Source: a virus
Taxonomy: Duplodnaviria; Caudoviricetes
IMG/VR virus record: IMGVR_UViG_3300032334_000224
Coordinates: 1 to 54,698 of that record
DNA: 54,698 nucleotides
Direction: 5' to 3' (one strand)
Both the position numbers and the translations under genes were made by a program. Positions 52,795 to 54,698 of the stretch are shown here, piece after piece (positions within the stretch are counted from its first letter, which is position 1; each line of letters opens with the position of its first letter). The notes beneath the pieces were generated by a model, which was not told the origin of the DNA, did no database searches, and was given only the letters and a program-made list of their open reading frames with translations.

Positions 52795-54696
52795 TTAAGC
52801 CTGAGCTTCACCCCAACGCACAATAACGTTAACTGGTGTCGCTGTTCCAGAAACTTTATACACGTTGATGGCCAATACGTCTGGACCGTTGGGGAATGTA
52901 CCTCGACCGCCTAGTGTAGTATTTGTGAGTTCTTTCAACTGTGCCAAACTTAACGAAATAGAATCGCCTGGGTTTGATACGAATGAAAATACCTGTTCTC
53001 CTGGCAATGCGTAAGCAGCGCCAAACTGGAATTTCAATGTGCTGGCCGCATTTACTGAGGTATTCAAACTCTGTGTAAATGCCACCCTGTAAACTGTAGT
53101 TCCGGTAATGTTACCACCACTGGTATAAGATCCGTTAGCTGTGTGACTATAAGTTACCTGTGTGGTACTGCAACTGATTACAGTATAGTTTCCGTTATAG
53201 TTAGTAGTAGCACTAACAATACCAGAAACTGTGATTGGAGACCCGACGGTAAACGGAGCCGTTGCTTGTGTGGCATAAGTCAATGTTACTGTAGAACCAG
53301 TACCAGTGGCGTTGGTTACTGTAATGCTGCTAGCACCAAATTTTCTTGCAGAAACGGCACTGACAAATGTTCCCGCTGGAAACTGTGTTTGATCGGATGC
53401 TACTTTAGTACCGATGCTGGCCAATGACGCATCCCAAGTACTTTGAGTAAAGAACAAATAGTTGGTTTTGTTATACGAAGCAGCACTACCCGCGGCAGTA
53501 ACGTTAACGGCTGCGTTGTTACCAGACCCAGTTGTAGTTGTTCCGTTTGCCACCGCTGACATTACGATACGTGTGTAGCTGACACCTGCTACCACAGTAT
53601 AACCTGTGGTAATAGCAGTGATAGTTTGACCACCGGTAATATTAGTTGTCATGCTTAGTGTATCACCAATAGCAATACTAGAAACTGCATATTCTGTGTC
53701 AGTCATTAAGAAATCATTTCTAGTTGTAGCTAGTGCTGCTGCATATGTAATAGAAGCAATAGAGTTATAGTTGACTGTGGTAGTTGCAAACGACCCAGAT
53801 GCAGTTGTGCCGTTTGCAACACCGCTCATTGTGATTCTGGTATAGGCCACACCGCTAATGGTATATGCAGATGTCTGTACTGTTGATACTGTTTGACTAG
53901 CAGTAATGTAACTGGTTAAACTTAACACATCACCGACACGTAGACCGGACGAAGCATAGTTGGTATTGCTCACCAAGAAATCTGTACGAGATGAACTAAT
54001 CGCAGATGAATAGTTATTGGCAACTGTTGACTGAATCTGCACGTTGGTAATGTTGGCACCAGCAGTGCTTGAGTTAACAGAGTTAACACTCATAGTGATC
54101 ATAGTAAAACCTGTACCATTAACTGCTCTTGTCACTGAAGTGATAGGAACTACGTTGGTATAACCGTTAACCCAAATAGTATCACCAACTACAATCGGAG
54201 TAGTCAATGCATCATAGGCAGCATTAGTAATATAAACAGTATTTCTCAAGTTTGACACTGCTTGTATAACACTTCCGTTGTTACCAACAATAGTAACAAA
54301 CTGGTTCACTGTGGCAAAACCCTGTGCTGCAATGCTACCAACACTTGTGCTAAAGCTGACTGCACGAATTTGTGTGGCAAATGCACCTTGGATCGTTGCT
54401 GTTGATGTCGTTGCATTACCTCCCCATACCACAGAACCGCCAGGCGCAATCTGAGCAAAACTAGGCTGTCCACCTGCTGCTGCGTTTGATAAACCACCCC
54501 AAGTAATATTATTTGGATCAACAGGATAGTTTTGAGGGTTTAGAACACCCTCAATAACAATCGCGCCGCCACCGCTTACACTATCTGAGGAAATCGCAAT
54601 TTCCTGCAATAGCAACTGCGCACGATTTAACAGTTCTTTTTCTCCTAGGTCACCTGTTTGTGCGTTTGAAACACTAGGTGCTAGACGAATTAAGAA
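52795..54696 (-). CDS. tail fibre/virion structural protein, C-terminal part (continues beyond window)
   Basis: Frame is open to the window edge (FLIRLAPSVSNA...); Thr/Ser/Gly-rich with internal repeats. Confidence 0.8.
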   Translation of the reverse strand, partial: FLIRLAPSVSNAQTGDLGEKELLNRAQLLLQEIAISSDSVSGGGAIVIEGVLNPQNYPVDPNNITWGGLSNAAAGGQPSFAQIAPGGSVVWGGNATTSTATIQGAFATQIRAVSFSTSVGSIAAQGFATVNQFVTIVGNNGSVIQAVSNLRNTVYITNAAYDALTTPIVVGDTIWVNGYTNVVPITSVTRAVNGTGFTMITMSVNSVNSSTAGANITNVQIQSTVANNYSSAISSSRTDFLVSNTNYASSGLRVGDVLSLTSYITASQTVSTVQTSAYTISGVAYTRITMSGVANGTTASGSFATTTVNYNSIASITYAAALATTRNDFLMTDTEYAVSSIAIGDTLSMTTNITGGQTITAITTGYTVVAGVSYTRIVMSAVANGTTTTGSGNNAAVNVTAAGSAASYNKTNYLFFTQSTWDASLASIGTKVASDQTQFPAGTFVSAVSARKFGASSITVTNATGTGSTVTLTYATQATAPFTVGSPITVSGIVSATTNYNGNYTVISCSTTQVTYSHTANGSYTSGGNITGTTVYRVAFTQSLNTSVNAASTLKFQFGAAYALPGEQVFSFVSNPGDSISLSLAQLKELTNTTLGGRGTFPNGPDVLAINVYKVSGTATPVNVIVRWGEAQA

Positions 54697-54698
54697 TG

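Noticed and set aside
1-54698. Stop-codon reassignment
   Set aside because: Core genes are full-length in the standard code, coding density is high, and both TAG and TGA end genes at sensible positions.
1-54698. tRNA, rRNA or known ncRNA genes
   Set aside because: No cloverleaf or T-arm signature was recognised in the short intergenic gaps; tRNAscan-SE or Infernal would be needed to exclude them formally.

Overview
Fragment of a large T4-like myovirus genome. Gene content and order suggest the RaK2/GAP32/Atu_ph07-type jumbo-phage lineage or its uncultured relatives (inference, no search run). The host is probably a Gram-negative proteobacterium, given the sigma70 promoters and lipoproteins. 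Layout: (i) 1-5,000, a + strand early region of small, often membrane or lipoprotein ORFs behind seven near-consensus sigma70 promoters, including an entericidin-like lipoprotein missing from the ORF track. (ii) About 4,990-6,170, a junction with a G-rich tract, a palindromic site and three GAA-triloop mini-hairpins, a candidate origin. (iii) A - strand block with an MCD-like GNAT protein, a nucleotidyltransferase and two paralogues carrying capsid-targeting-like N-termini, then helicase, carbamoyltransferase, primase, a 192-aa miniature DnaE-like protein and a clamp-loader subunit. (iv) A ~15 kb glycan-synthesis region with about eight glycosyltransferase genes (four KpsS-like), four methyltransferases, a GDP-mannose epimerase and a cytidylyltransferase-cupin, interrupted by uvsW. 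(v) uvsY, uvsX and gp32 SSB. (vi) Head, terminase, tail tube, sheath, dNMP kinase, neck and fibre genes. Many late genes have TAAATA only 4-5 nt before the ATG, which implies leaderless mRNAs. No tRNA, rRNA, CRISPR array or IS element was recognised. All functional calls rest on motifs recognised by eye.
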